From NCBI GenBank assembly GCA_012295275.1, contig CM022672.1, positions 22,010,001 to 22,074,000 of the forward strand: 64,000 bases of DNA, read 5' to 3'. The DNA comes from Chrysomallon squamiferum (lineage: Eukaryota > Animalia > Mollusca). Below are positions 1-12,829 of this stretch, piece by piece. Made by a program: the position numbers and the translations under genes. The notes beneath the pieces were generated by a model. It ran no database searches. It worked only from the letters and a program-made list of their open reading frames with translations, and had not been told where the DNA came from. Numbering within the stretch: position 1 is the first letter of the stretch; every line of letters begins with the position of its first letter.

Positions 1-87
1 CCAGATCTTGTATCGTAAAGAGGCTTTATTCTGCGGCATGAAGCGGCACAATGGCCTTGCATTGATTGCAAAATCTATACACTGTTT
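1..87 (-). CDS. Cav2: Cav2 exon, III-IV linker ([29 protein letters not shown]...), truncated by window edge
   Basis: ctttcag acceptor at 90-88, phase 0, conserved III-IV linker motif. Confidence 0.93.
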
Positions 88-590
88 CTGAAAGTGAGAG
101 AGATACAAGAACATATCATTTGTTTTGTAAAATAAGTATTACACCTGAACTGAACTAAACAGACAAAATTAATGTGCTTATTCATGCTGTATTTATATTA
201 GTAAGAAGAAGAGTGATGATGATAATAATAATAATAATAATAATAACAATAATAATAATAATAATATACATACCATAATTTTTATTTTAAACAAAAGCAG
301 TGATATTTATCTTTTGTAAAATATGCAAGCAAATACATTATATAATTAAGAGTTTGGAAGTTCTGTGTGTTTTTTTTTTTCTTTACAAAATAAATCTTTT
401 TGTTGCAGCAAAATAAATTTGTGTGAACAAAGAATCAAAAAGCTAAATAGTTTGTCATGCAAACTGTATGTGAATCATATTCTTCCAACAATAAATGTGA
501 CAAAAATAATGTTGATATTTCATTTTGAATAAAAATAAAAATGAAATAAATAAGCATGAAACTGAATTTAAAAAGAAATTATTTCATTAT

Positions 591-642
<52 letters not shown>

Positions 643-1159
643 ATGTGTGTGTGTGTGCGTGTGTGTAAAAATTATAATTCTGTTCCAACACTGATAAACT
701 GTGAAACTTGTTGATTTTATTATTCACAAAGTTTTTATGGTTCATTTATTTCAAACTGGTTCATGCATAAGCTGTGAACAGTTTCAGATTCATGCACCAA
801 GATGACATCATTCAGAAACTAGAGTGCAAAATCTAAACTGAGGTTTCATAGTATCACACATATATGTGTCTTAATGTCAAAATGAATATAAATCAGCATA
901 TCTATAAGATAAAATTAATTTTGTTGTCTTTTTCTGTAACTGTTGAATAAAGTAAGATATAAAAACAGAAACTTTGAAATAAAATCATTAAAGAAAAATA
1001 TTCAGAAAATAAAATAAAACTGTAGACAAACAGAATTAACATCAGTAAAGTTATATTTCAATAACAACTTAAAAACATCTCATATATTGTAATTTTTCTG
1101 TTCTTGCTTTATTTCTTCAATTACATTTTTTTTTTTTTTTTTAAACAGATTTATTATTA

Positions 1160-1212
<53 letters not shown>

Positions 1213-2855
1213 TTGTTATTGTTTTTGTTTTCTTTTTTCTAAACTGTTTTCACCATTTAACAGCAAAAATTTTAAATTTTGTTATAGGTAGATGGTACCC
1301 AGGCATTGTACTTGACCAGTAAAAAATAATACAATACACTCAAAATTGCAGTATAATTAAAAGTATTTTGATCAATAAAGCAATCTCTGCAGGCATAGGA
1401 GAAATCAATAGGTCCTTGAGAAGTTAAGGAATCAACTGCTAAGGAATTCAAGTATTTTTTAAAAGTTTTAAGACCATGCATGTTTCTGGAATGCACATAC
1501 AAAGTTCATGGAAAGGGTTTTGTCTAAGAATTGCAATTTAGACTGAGTATCCTGTTGTGAAGTTATTGGCTAATTCTACTATCATGGTCAAAAGACACAT
1601 TCATGTTCCTTACCTCAGACAAACTTAAAACCTAAAGAAAGGTTAAACATAATTTAAAAAAAAAAAAAAAACAGAAAACAATATTAAAGCAATAAAACAG
1701 TAAAATAGCAGTTAAAATAAAACTTAATGTGAAATAAAAAATTAATTAAAAATAAATAAAATAAGCAAAATAATATGTTTTATCATTATAAAAATAACAT
1801 AACTACAGCTGGTGCAATATAAAATGTTCTTCTCATGGAATCTTTGAGTTACAAATAATGTGTAACCCAAACACAAACAACAAGAGAAGCAAAGGGGGGA
1901 AGTATAAAACACACAATGATACACTGATATGTAAGACATAAAATTATTGTGATTTCTAAAATAATTTTTTATTATTTTATTTTTATTTACTTTTTAGTTT
2001 TTACCAAATATTTAATATCTGTTGTTGTTGTTGTTGTTGTTATGAAAATGGTTATTTTGCTTTACTCAAAAGAACCAAACACATCAGAGTTACTATCTAC
2101 TTCAAAGGAGACATCTATAAAAATATTAAAAATAATAAAATAGCTACTAAACTTTTCATTGTCCATGGACAGAGTCTGAACATTTTATACATCAAAGAAA
2201 ATGAAGTTAAAATTATCAGTCTTCTTCATGTTAATAATGTGTTAACTAAAACCCTCTCCAAAAGCAAATGAAATTTTCAGTTCTCCTTATGTTGATGATG
2301 TGTAAAATATTAAGGCCAAAAGTGTATGTAACTGAAACTATCAATCTTCTTTATGTCAATAATTTGTTAAATAATACCCCTCATGCAAAAGCAAATGAAA
2401 TTTTCAGTCATTTTTATGTTAATAATATATAAAATGATAAAGCCCCAAAATCACAAATTCTTTTATGTTAGTGATATAACACCCATTCCTGAAAAAAGCA
2501 ACTTTATGTTAAGAATGTGTAAAATTATAATTCCACAATTTCTGAACATTCTGCAGCTCTGTTCCTTGTGAATGTAGATAAAAGTTTTAAGAAAAGATAA
2601 TAAATATCATTTCATTAGATTCTTCAGTGATGCCACCTCATCAAAATCTATATGACTTAATGCAAGTCAAAGGATTACTTATTTAATACTTATCAGAAAG
2701 TACCTAATTTAATATTCATAAAAGTGTACCTATTTCAGTGCTTATCAAAATGTGTTTAATGTGGTGTCATCAAATCATATCAAAATCAGTAGTTATTGAA
2801 ATGAGAAAATACCAACAAGCACTTAATCTAATACTTAATGTTTATCATAGTATAC

Positions 2856-3057
2856 CTGATTTTTATCCATGTCTTGATCAACCAGTTCATTTTCTCCCTG
2901 TTCTTGGAATGTGATGATAATCAAGGCCACAAAAATGTTTACAAAGAAGAAAGGAAAGACGATGAAGAAAACAACATAAAATATTGCCATCTCCATTCGG
3001 AAGCCTGGCTTTGGTCCATAATTCTCTTTAGTTGAATCCATTGAATTCTTCAGAATT
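2856..3057 (-). CDS. Cav2: Cav2 exon, IIIS6 ([67 protein letters not shown]), 202 nt
   Basis: ttacag acceptor, CAG|GTATA donor, phase 2 to 0. Confidence 0.95.
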
Positions 3058-3555
3058 CTGTAAAATAGATTTGATGTCATAATACATATCTTATTATCTT
3101 TTGGGTTTGATTGTTGAAATACCTGTCATGTGAAAAAACAGTCTAAACACAGTATTCTGATCTGCTCTATATATTTGTAACGATATGAATAAATACTGAA
3201 TTAGTTTAAAATGTTGTATATATGACAATTACAAATGAACCTGAAGTGATAATTATGAATATATACTCTAAATGCAAGAAACTATATTTGCAGTAATACT
3301 AATTCTTTACTAATAATAAAGTAAGGATGTCATGTTAGAAATTCTTATAAATGTGTACACACTGACCTTTTACCCCCTTTTTTTTGTTGACATTTTGTAA
3401 ACAGAAATGTCAAAAGAACTTTAAAAGACTGTTGATACAATGATTTACTCAGTTTATCAAGGTTCTGTTTGGTTCATGAACTAAACAAATTTATTTACCA
3501 AATTTTAGTGGGGTTTTTTTTTTTTTTTTAAATTTTTGACAATATATTGATGGGA

Positions 3556-3590
<35 letters not shown>

Positions 3591-3764
3591 GTGTTTAGTT
3601 TTGCTGTTGATTGCTTTTTAAATATAATTTAAGAACTTCCATTACAAACCCACAAATATACATATAACAGATATTTCCTTTCATTAAACATAGAAAGTTC
3701 AAGCTAATGATCCATTCTTAATTAAGACATTGTCTTTATTGCTACAAACAAAAGTCACACGCAC

Positions 3765-3905
3765 CCTGGCCAACCTTCTCCTGTTGTCACAGTGAAGAGA
3801 GTCAACATGGCCATTAAGATGTTGTCATAATGGAAGTCACGTCTTAGCCATTCTCTGTCTTTTACTGTTGGTGTTTCAGAATTGTCATACAAGAAATACT
3901 GTCCT
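3765..3905 (-). CDS. Cav2: Cav2 exon, domain III pore ([46 protein letters not shown]), 141 nt
   Basis: ttgcag acceptor, GTGCGT donor, phase 2 to 2; filter TGEGW. Confidence 0.95.
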
Positions 3906-4686
3906 CTGCAATAGAGAATTTAGTCATTTAACATAACTGTTTATATTAATATTAATTCTCTGACATTCGCATTCATTATCTGACGTTAATATTCATTATC
4001 TGACTTTAATATTCAATATATATGCTTTTGTACACTATTATCATACAAGAAATACAATAAAGAAGCCAGACATTTAACATGTTATTATATTAATATTAAT
4101 TACCTAACATTAAAATATTATCTATTTATGTACTGAATTATCATGCAAGAAAAACTGCTCTCTAAAATAGAGGATTTACTTATTTAACAATTATTATTAA
4201 CAGTATGGTTTAAAAATAATATTCATTATATATTATTGTCCAGTACATATTTAATTTTTGAATATTAATTTATTTTATTTATCTCTTATTTTTCTGTATT
4301 GTTAAATTTATAGAGTTTTCATTACTTTAAATATACTTTCATATGCTTGAAAATTCATCTCATTTCTCTCTCTTTGTGTCTCATCCATCCACACAAACAC
4401 TCTCAAGAACCCCCACACACACAGACACACACACAGACACACACACACACACACACACGCACACACACACACACACACATTCACTCACATACATCAGACA
4501 TACACTATAACAGATATACACATTAACATACACATGCAAATACATTTGTATATAACAGTAATATATTCATTATTATGATTGTAATTAAATTCACATATGT
4601 TATAATATATCAGTAATTAACACATACTAAATGACAAACTTCATATTTTCAAAAATAAAAAATTTATTATTTTTGTCAACACTTAC

Positions 4687-4847
4687 TGGCATTCTTCTTT
4701 TACATGTTTTGACTCATCAGTGCAGTAGAAAAATTTCCCATTAAATAACTGAACAGCGATGACAGCAAAGATGAATTGGAATAACAAATACACAACTAGA
4801 ATCTGAGAGACGTTTTTCAGAGAGTGTACCACACAGTCAAACACAGC
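4687..4847 (-). CDS. Cav2: Cav2 exon, IIIS5 ([53 protein letters not shown]), 161 nt
   Basis: ttttcag acceptor, GTAAGT donor, phase 0 to 2. Confidence 0.95.
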
Positions 4848-5361
4848 CTGAAAAAAATTAAAAAAAAAAAAATAAATAAATAAATAAAATTAAAAAAAGA
4901 GTAATTTTTGATGTTAAAAAGAACATTAATCCCAAAACCTGATAACTATATTTAAAAAAAAAAAAAAAAAAAATATAAAATAAAATATGCCATGAATATG
5001 TGTGTATGTGGGTGTGTGTAAAGAAACAGTTAAATTGTTAAATAACTTAATACAAAATAAAATATTAAGAGAAAAAAGAAAAAGAACCCATAAAAACAAA
5101 ACAACAACAAAAAACAACAGATGTAGTTAAATTGTTCAACAGCAAACAGAAAATAAAACCTATATATAAAAGTTCAGTCTACATGCATCTCAAAAACATC
5201 ATTATATTATTAGTACTTTATTATTAGCAAAGATTGGTATTTATTACACACACTTAACACACACTACCTAAATGTACTCTTTATAAAATAAATAACTTGA
5301 AGGACTTCTAAAGCAAATTTAAGAATATAATATATTTTACAAAAAATGAAATGAAACTTAC

Positions 5362-5467
5362 TTTGAGTTTTGGAACTCTGTTGATAGTTTTCAGAGGTCT
5401 CAGAACACGAAGTACTCGGAGCGATTTAATTGTGTTGAGATTCTTCCCAGCATTCCCTGAGTCACCC
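5362..5467 (-). CDS. Cav2: Cav2 exon, IIIS4 ([35 protein letters not shown]), 106 nt
   Basis: ttttgcag acceptor, GTAAGT donor, phase 2 to 0. Confidence 0.95.
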
Positions 5468-6006
5468 CTGCAAAAAAAAAAAACAAAATAAATAAATAAA
5501 AGGAAATCAATTACCATCAGACACAAAGGGAATCATTTACCATCATATACTAAGTGAAAAGGGAACAGTCAGTGTTTACTTTGAATTTATAATGGGAAAT
5601 AATTTTGTATACATTTAATAGCAGTACAAAATTGGTAAAAAATTTTTTTTTTTGTCTTTGATTTTAATTATTAAATAATTTTTCAAACTTAAGGAATTTT
5701 TAAAATTTATTTTTATATCAAAAACAAATATGTGATTCCAAATATTCTCATCTGGATTTATATGAAATTTAATTTTTATAGCTTCTTTATGTATTATACG
5801 TAAATATTTATAAAGATAGATGAAATTTAAGAATGTATGAATGTATTGCAAGTTTAAAGTGGGTCCCAAAACTGTAGGAAAGGCACTATGGAAACCAGTG
5901 AATAAATAACAATATAAATTTAAAGCAATTTAAATTTTAAAATTTTACCATGCAACCAGTGGTGGAGAGGGAGTAAGGCAAACAGTTATTAGGGTCTTTT
6001 CTTGGG

Positions 6007-6085
<79 letters not shown>

Positions 6086-6738
6086 TAGAAAGTCTTTTTT
6101 TATTTAAATGTGAACCAGCATATGACACTGAAATATTTTAATTTGGATTAATATTTTTTGTTACACAATTGTGATCAAATGCCAACGAGTAAAAAAGTAT
6201 TTTTTCTTAATTACATCTCATTTTTCCTTAAAATATATGTGTGTGTGTGTATATATATATATATGTCTCTGGTAAAGAAGCAAATAGTTATATAAATAAA
6301 AGATGACAGAAACAATTTATCATAAGTATTTATCAGATTGACTGTTAAAAGAAAGGATAAAGTAAATGTGGATAATTAATTTTAAGGATGGATTAACTTA
6401 AATAAAAATTTAAAAATAAAATCAAAGATATTAAAAGGGAAAAAATAAGTCTGAATGTAATACTTTTGATGATCTTTTTTATTTTTTTTTATTTTTTTAA
6501 TTTTTTCCTCTAAATTAATCCGTTTGGTTTTATGATTACTAACATGGTCATCAGTATATGAATAGCTACCTGAACATTATATTTCAACAATAACTGGTTT
6601 GCTATTCCTACTAGTAAATTAACAGAAAAAAACAACAAAATAAAATTATAGAAAGTCTGCCAGTGAGGTTACATTTTTTGATTTAATTAGTTTAAAATTA
6701 ATCTGGTGTTCTGTGTTTTCTTCATCTTTCAAAAAAAA

Positions 6739-6771
<33 letters not shown>

Positions 6772-7313
6772 AATAAACAAATAAAAAGAATTGTTATAAA
6801 AATAAATAAATAATTAAATTTGTTTTTCATCATATCCACCATATCTGTTAATGTCTGTATGAACCTGTCTGAGCATTTCATTTTAATAACATTAACAAAA
6901 CAAAATTAAAATCTATCTTTTTTTTTCTGTGTCATAATTTATATTATTTTTTTTTTTTTTTCTCTGTCTTTCTTTTTATAAAAGAAATCTTTTATAATAC
7001 TGTTATAAATTATATATATAAAACATGTTTCTTGTTTTCTTTCTGAACAAAGTATTTTTAAAAAAATCATAAATATAGAGATAATGAAGTAATGTAAAAT
7101 TGATTGGTCATTAAATAAAACTACTTTCCAAATATTGCTACTCATATACCAGGAGAGGTAGTTTGGTGACTACTTATTAAACTGTAATAAAACAAAAACA
7201 CCCATTCCAATGTCTGTATTAATAGGTCATATCTAAAAGGCAAATCTAATTGTTGTTGGTCCTCTCCAATGTTGGTTGCTACAAACACAAACCCATTCTG
7301 AGTATCCACTCAC

Positions 7314-7328
7314 CCAAAATCTGCATAA
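7314..7328 (-). CDS. Cav2: Candidate 15-nt microexon in IIIS3-S4 extracellular loop (changes F-R-GDSG to F-SYADFG-GDSG)
   Basis: T-rich tract ...tgtgtattcag|TTATGCAGATTTTGG|gtgagt; symmetric phase 2-2, stop-free. Confidence 0.75.
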
Positions 7329-8719
7329 CTGAATACACAAAACAGAAAACAGAAATAAACAATAAATAAAACAAAGAGATAACAATATACAACAATACAC
7401 ATATAAGGGATTGTAATGTTTTGTTTACAAATAATATAGAACTATTTCTAAGGAGCAGGATTAATAAAAAAATTGTGATAAATTATGTTAATATATAGTT
7501 TAATCTTTATTTTTAAAATATGTTTTTGGAATAATTGAAAAATATTCACTCTTATTTTTAGCTTCTTGACGAATTTTGGTTAATTATTTTAGTGAAAGTG
7601 AAAGTAGTATTAATATTAAACATACATACTGAAAAAAATCAATAATAATAATAAAACTAAAAATAATGGTTGAAATTAATAATGAAAACAATAATTAGTT
7701 TAAATTATTCCTTTATTCAGTTTTTTTTTTGTTGTTGTTGGGTTTTTTTGTTTTTATTTTTTTTGTTTTTGATGATTCATTTAATGTACAAAACTTTACA
7801 ATCTGATTAACACAGTAGCAGCACAACAGAGCCAACACACAGATATACACAAAGCATAAATTAAATAACATGCAATATCAACAAAATCATTAACATACTT
7901 CGCACATAAAAATAGATATACCGATAAACTGGTTATCATGCATTAATAGTAAATAGTAAGATGTTTTCATCATCTTCTTATCAAGATATCTCTAACACCT
8001 TATGAATTTTATTATACAAACATACATACATACATACATACAGACATTGTATGTCTGTATGTATATCTTTATGCATGTATGTATATATATATATGTATAT
8101 GTATATATTATCAGTCATAATCCATGCAAGAAATGCAGAAGTATAAAAATAATGTATACTTGGTATTTATTGGGATTATATCTTAGAAAGACTCAGACCA
8201 AGAAATAAATTCTTCTTTTCCACTAGCATCACCAGTTTACAATACAACATGAACAGTTCACAGCAGACAGCATGGCAAATAATTTTAAAAAGTGGGTTTT
8301 CAAATTTAGTTTGAGACATATTTACAATAATTAGGTTCTCAAAAGCATAAAGAAATTAAAGGAAAAACTGATAAAATAACTAAATTGTGGATCTTTGTAT
8401 TAGACTGTCTTATGCAAGTTCTGTGTATGTATTTAAATATATAAACAATAATGATATAATTTTGAATAATGATTTAATTTTGAAGTTATAATCTGCATTC
8501 ATGGTTGGTTTCTAAAGGATCATTTAAATAATTATACAGAACATTGTCCAAATAAATGTTCATTATGGACAAGATTTATTATAACTTTGCATTAGAATAA
8601 ATTTCTGAGGATTTTGGATATGTATATACATATAGCAGATAGTGTATAATAGTTTAGTGCAACATCATTCTACATGCAAAGGTTCGAACCTGCCTCCAGC
8701 AGTGAACACTAAAATCCTA

Positions 8720-9003
8720 ATAAAACAAAACACATGTATAAAACAGAGAAAAACAAAACACATATAAAACAGAAAAACAAAACACATATATAAAACAGAG
8801 AAAAACAAAACACATATATAAAACAGAGAAAAACAAAACACATATATAAAACAGAGAAAAACAAAACACATATATAAAACAGAGAAAAACAAAACACATG
8901 TATAAAACAGAGAAAAACAAAACACATATAAAACAGAGAAAAACAAAACACATATATAAAACACAGAAAAACAAAACACATATATAAAACACAGAAAAAC
9001 AAA
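8720..9003. repeat. Minisatellite, about 10 copies of a 26-28 bp unit (AAAACAGAGAAAAACAAAACACATATAT)
   Basis: Directly visible tandem array; source of three spurious ORFs. Confidence 0.92.
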
Positions 9004-9553
9004 CCATATATCTATAAAAAAAAAAAAAAAAACAGTAAAAAAATAAGAAGAAATAACAAAGCAACATGAATACTGAAAAAATAAATTATAAAAAAAAAAA
9101 AAAAGAAAAAAGTCACCAGTATTATTACTATAATCAAAAAAATATATATATATTTTTTAAAGTATTGCTATTAGTCTTGCATAATTGAATCAGTGATTGG
9201 AAATGGAAGTATCTACTTACTCTTTCTCAAATCTAGATGTTTGATTGATTGTGTTTTATTTTATTTTATTTTTTTTTTTTTTTTGTTCAGTAAACACAAT
9301 AAAACATAAGAGAACTGTATAGACAAAATATTTTATATCTTTCACTAGAAACAGAAATATCTACATTAGACTAAAAAAAAAATCATTTTCATTCTGAAAT
9401 CACTGTGTCTCAACATTTAACGTACATGCAGTGCTACAGCAAGATAAACAATTATCTAGGGAAAAATAATGTTATTATTATTGTAAAAAAAAAAACCAGT
9501 TACAATATTTAATGCTTTTTCTATGAAATAATAATAGTTACAGAACAACTCAC

Positions 9554-9660
9554 CTGAATGCAAATGCCACAAGGGCACATATTACAACAGTGGCATCTAG
9601 AATGTTCCAGAGATCACGGCAGTAAGAACCAGGATGTAAAACTACGCCTAAATCTATCAC
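9554..9660 (-). CDS. Cav2: Cav2 exon, IIIS3 ([35 protein letters not shown]), 107 nt
   Basis: tttacag acceptor, GTGAGT donor, phase 0 to 2. Confidence 0.95.
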
Positions 9661-9891
9661 CTGTAAACACATAATTCAGTAGTTTTTATTGCAGTGAGAT
9701 TGTAAAGATACTGATGGTATCAATGTTTTTGCTGTATATGTTACGTATTAAAAGAAGTCAAATATACATTAGTTGATTTGCTTGAAAAAAAAAATATATA
9801 TATATATATTGGTTGCCGGGTTACTAAAATGAATTATTATGTGGTAGTTTGTTTGTTTGTTTGTTTGTTTTTAATGTTCCTTTTTATTTTA

Positions 9892-9923
<32 letters not shown>

Positions 9924-10177
9924 TTTAATTTCAGATTAAAATTGTTTTTTATGTTTTTCAATAACAATAATAATTATTATAATTATAAAAACAACAAAAC
10001 AAAAATAATGTGAGGCAGATAAATTAATTCTATATTTCAGTGACATTAAATTTCATAAAAAAAAAAAAAAAAAAAAATAATATGTCTATGAGATAACCAA
10101 TGTCTGGTTTAATTATCTACATTAATTGTTCATGTTTTTTGTCTCTCTTTTTTTTTATATATTAAAATATATTAAAG

Positions 10178-10425
10178 CATAACTTGGAAATATGCAGAAT
10201 ATATTTAGATTATTCTGACATATCACCAAATTACCCTTTAATATTTCATCTGTATCACTTTAAGAAAGAAAACTATATTAAAACATGACTTGGAAATATG
10301 CAGAATACATTTTGTTTATTCTGACATATCACCGAAGGTACACTTTATTATTTCATCTGCAACACCTTGAGAAACAAAACAAAAATATATAAAGACATAA
10401 CCTGGAAATATACAGAATACTTTAG
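10178..10425. repeat. Degenerate ~105-bp tandem triplication (CATAACTTGGAAATATGCAGAATA...CTGACATATCACC)
   Basis: Copies start near 10178, 10284 and 10396. Confidence 0.75.
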
Positions 10426-10512
10426 ACCATTATAACACATTATAACAGAGTAAATATTTAGGCTGCACCACCTTCTAAGGATTAGGAGATGATAACAGTT
10501 CATTGTTTTTAC

Positions 10513-10702
10513 CTTAAGGATCATTTCTATAGTGAAAACGCCAGTGAAGACGAAGTCAAAGTAGTTGAGTATCTTGTTGCGGAAGGAGTCCTCCCTGACA
10601 GGGTCCTCAGCAGCCAGGGCCACACTGCTAGCACATATGACAATCATGATGAACAGATCGAAGTACCGCAAGTTTACAACAAAGTGACAAAAACGTCTAA
10701 TT
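10513..10702 (-). CDS. Cav2: Cav2 exon, IIIS1-S2 ([35 protein letters not shown]...TIEMILK), 190 nt
   Basis: ctttcag acceptor, AAG|GTAAA donor, phase 2 to 0. Confidence 0.95.
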
Positions 10703-10797
10703 CTGAAAGTCAGAACAAATTACAAATAAATAAAACCTATAAAAGCAGTTTAACATTATTTTTTTATTTCTCCTTCTTCTTCTTCTTCTTCTTATTA

Positions 10798-10857
<60 letters not shown>

Positions 10858-11206
10858 CATGTATTATTATTTCTAAAATTACTACAGTAAGTGAAATTTT
10901 GTTTATTATTATTTATTTTTTGCTGTTATTGTTATTATTATTATTATTATTATTATTAACATTTTGATACTTAAAATAAAACTAATGTTCTCATCATTAA
11001 CCAAAACATATTAGCATTTTCTTTTCTAATATCTAAAGAGAATAAAGATGGCCTTTGTCTCAAAAATTTCTTAAACAAACTAAAAAAACATAAATAAATA
11101 ATTTAAAAAATAATAATAACATAATGATTTGTACATGCTAACAATAAATTTATTGTGTACTGGAATACTGATAAGATAATCAGAATGTTAAAAAAACAAC
11201 ACTTAC

Positions 11207-11324
11207 GGGTTGGTTGGACCGAAGACAAACATGGAACTGTAAGGCAACATGGGTTTGGGATTTCCAAAGGCATTGCTTTCTACTTTGGGTCTGGCTTCTA
11301 GTGTGCTGCTACTTGTTACGCTTA
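11207..11324 (-). CDS. Cav2: Cav2 exon, distal II-III linker (VSVTSSSTLEARPKVESNAFGNPKPMLPYSSMFVFGPTNP), 118 nt
   Basis: tttacag acceptor, GTAAGT donor, phase 1 to 2; PKPMLPYSSMF motif. Confidence 0.92.
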
Positions 11325-11527
11325 CTGTAAATACAAAAACACAGTTAAATGTCGTTGTACAAACAAAATTAACTGTTTGTATTTAATTGTGCACATTTTC
11401 TGTACTAAGTTTGAGTGCTGCTAGTAATAAAGTATGATAACAAGATTCTGAGTGTCTGAAATATTTTCTTTTATTTAAATGTGCATAATTTTGCAAAAAG
11501 TTTTTATTATAATCATTACTGTTTTTT

Positions 11528-11570
<43 letters not shown>

Positions 11571-12783
11571 TAAAAAAACAGTAGTAATAATAATTTGATT
11601 AAAAAGAAGAATGCCATTACCTCCTTACATCTTCATCATTTGTTATTTTATCATAATACTTTATTTTTAGCAAAGTATGGTCATAATGAACAAAAAACTT
11701 ATTAACTATACAGAATATACATTAATCATATGTACATATCCTAAGGGTGCACTTTAAAGTCTTTCTTAAATATATACATATTATTCTATTCTTACATTTA
11801 CTGTACAAATACATATAATACATTTGGTGCCTATGATTAAGAATTATAAATATTTTGTATTTTGTCATATGGTATATTAAGCAGAATTTAATGTATTATA
11901 AACAATTAAATAAAAGAAAGATAATGAATGACAAAATGAAAAATGAAAATATTAGTAAACATTATACTCAAAATTTAAAAATATTCATTTGAAAACTTAA
12001 AATAATTTTTATAGAAGTAAAATAGATTTGTAAAAAAAATATATATATATATATATATATATAATAATTATAATAATAAAAGTTTAAAAGTTAATTAAGT
12101 TATAGATAAAAATGTTTTGTGCTATTTTAATATTAATTTTTTTTTTTTAAATGTACACCATTGTTTATTTCAAAATGATAATAAAAGTGAATTATTTTAA
12201 ATGTTGAAAAATTAAGTATAAGGAAATATATATTTTGTTAAAATGCATGCTGTTAAAGACAAATACATTTTAATAAATGAAAATAAAAAAAAAAAGGAAA
12301 ATATTAAAATAAAAGATAGAAATGATTAGTTCAGTTTCAGAAAATTAAATTGTAAATCAGAACTATTTTAAGATCAGATAAAAGTACAAGAATAAAAAAG
12401 TTTTATTTTATTCATATAATCAAGAGAAAATTAAAATTGTCTATTTGATACTTAAATTATTTTTGAATGAAATATACTCTTATTTTTTAATTTTATTTTA
12501 TTTTTTTTTTTTGCATTTTTATTTCATTTTAAATTTTAATTGTTTTTTACTTTTTTACTGAAATATATATATCATCTTTTTTTTTACCTGCTTGTTTTTT
12601 ATTTTTAAATTTTACAATAACTGTGTTTATTTCTTTTCTAAAATATATTTTCTGTTTATCCTTTTAAATTTAATTTTTATTTTTATTTTATCCATATCTA
12701 TTTTTTGTTTCATAATATCTTATTATTTTTTTATTATTATTATTATTATTTAAATTTCTAAATGTTTTTCTTATTATTATTAA

Positions 12784-12829
<46 letters not shown>

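Noticed and set aside
7899-7928. Possible 30-nt in-frame cassette (ccag|TTTATCG...GCGAA|gtatgt) in the IIIS3-S4 intron
   Set aside because: Very weak pyrimidine tract, and a hydrophobic intron-like peptide; insufficient support.
8681-8710. GGTTCGAACC B-box, possible tRNA gene
   Set aside because: No cloverleaf or A-box pairing; at most a SINE fragment.
8665-9067. Three overlapping hydrophobic ORFs of about 100 aa; spaced-repeat look resembling CRISPR
   Set aside because: These are translations of a 28-bp minisatellite; there are no unique spacers and the context is a eukaryotic intron.
10489-10890. Plus-strand ORFs overlapping exons (also 2838-3035, 23016-23201, 31669-31851, 41138-41320, 46187-46414)
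   Set aside because: Antisense shadows of Cav2 coding exons, some extended by microsatellites.
11610-11660. GAG|GTAATG donor-like site upstream of the 11324 exon
   Set aside because: No credible upstream acceptor or pyrimidine tract.
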